Source: Tubulanus polymorphus
Lineage: Eukaryota; Animalia; Nemertea
Assembly: GCF_964204645.1 (NCBI RefSeq)
Contig: NC_134033.1
Location: 8,936,655-9,000,654 of the forward strand
DNA: 64,000 bases
Direction of reading: 5' to 3'
This document shows, piece by piece, positions 63,981 through 64,000 of the stretch; within the stretch, counting starts at the first letter, position 1; each line of letters opens with the position of its first letter. A model generated the notes under the pieces. The model ran no database searches. It saw nothing but the letters and a program-made list of their open reading frames with translations, and was not told the origin of the DNA. A program made the translations under genes and the position numbers.

Positions 63981-64000
63981 CTGTTAATTGCAATGCAACA

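Overview
AT-rich eukaryotic DNA, most likely from an invertebrate animal. It has one recognisable host exon (the last coding exon of an SLC24/NCKX-type cation exchanger, 76-285). The remaining ~63 kb is a nested set of transposable elements: several Helentron-type non-autonomous (HINE) families, CR1/L2 and Tx1/L1 LINE relics, a Penelope-like element with hammerhead ribozymes and a 5' inversion, two DIRS relics, Harbinger and MULE relics, and many MITEs. The stand-out object is a 2460-bp element at 4516-6975. It has AGT...ACT ends and a perfect 6-bp TSD, as in Polintons/Mavericks, and ~945-bp inverted arms. Each arm starts with a ~190-nt flush-ended hairpin, and an internal 24-bp array shares a 9-mer with the hairpin apex. 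It carries a 200-aa ORF with a C-terminal zinc-finger-like motif. It looks like an integrated, hairpin-ended satellite or copy-back replicon. All calls come from reading the sequence by eye; no searches were run.
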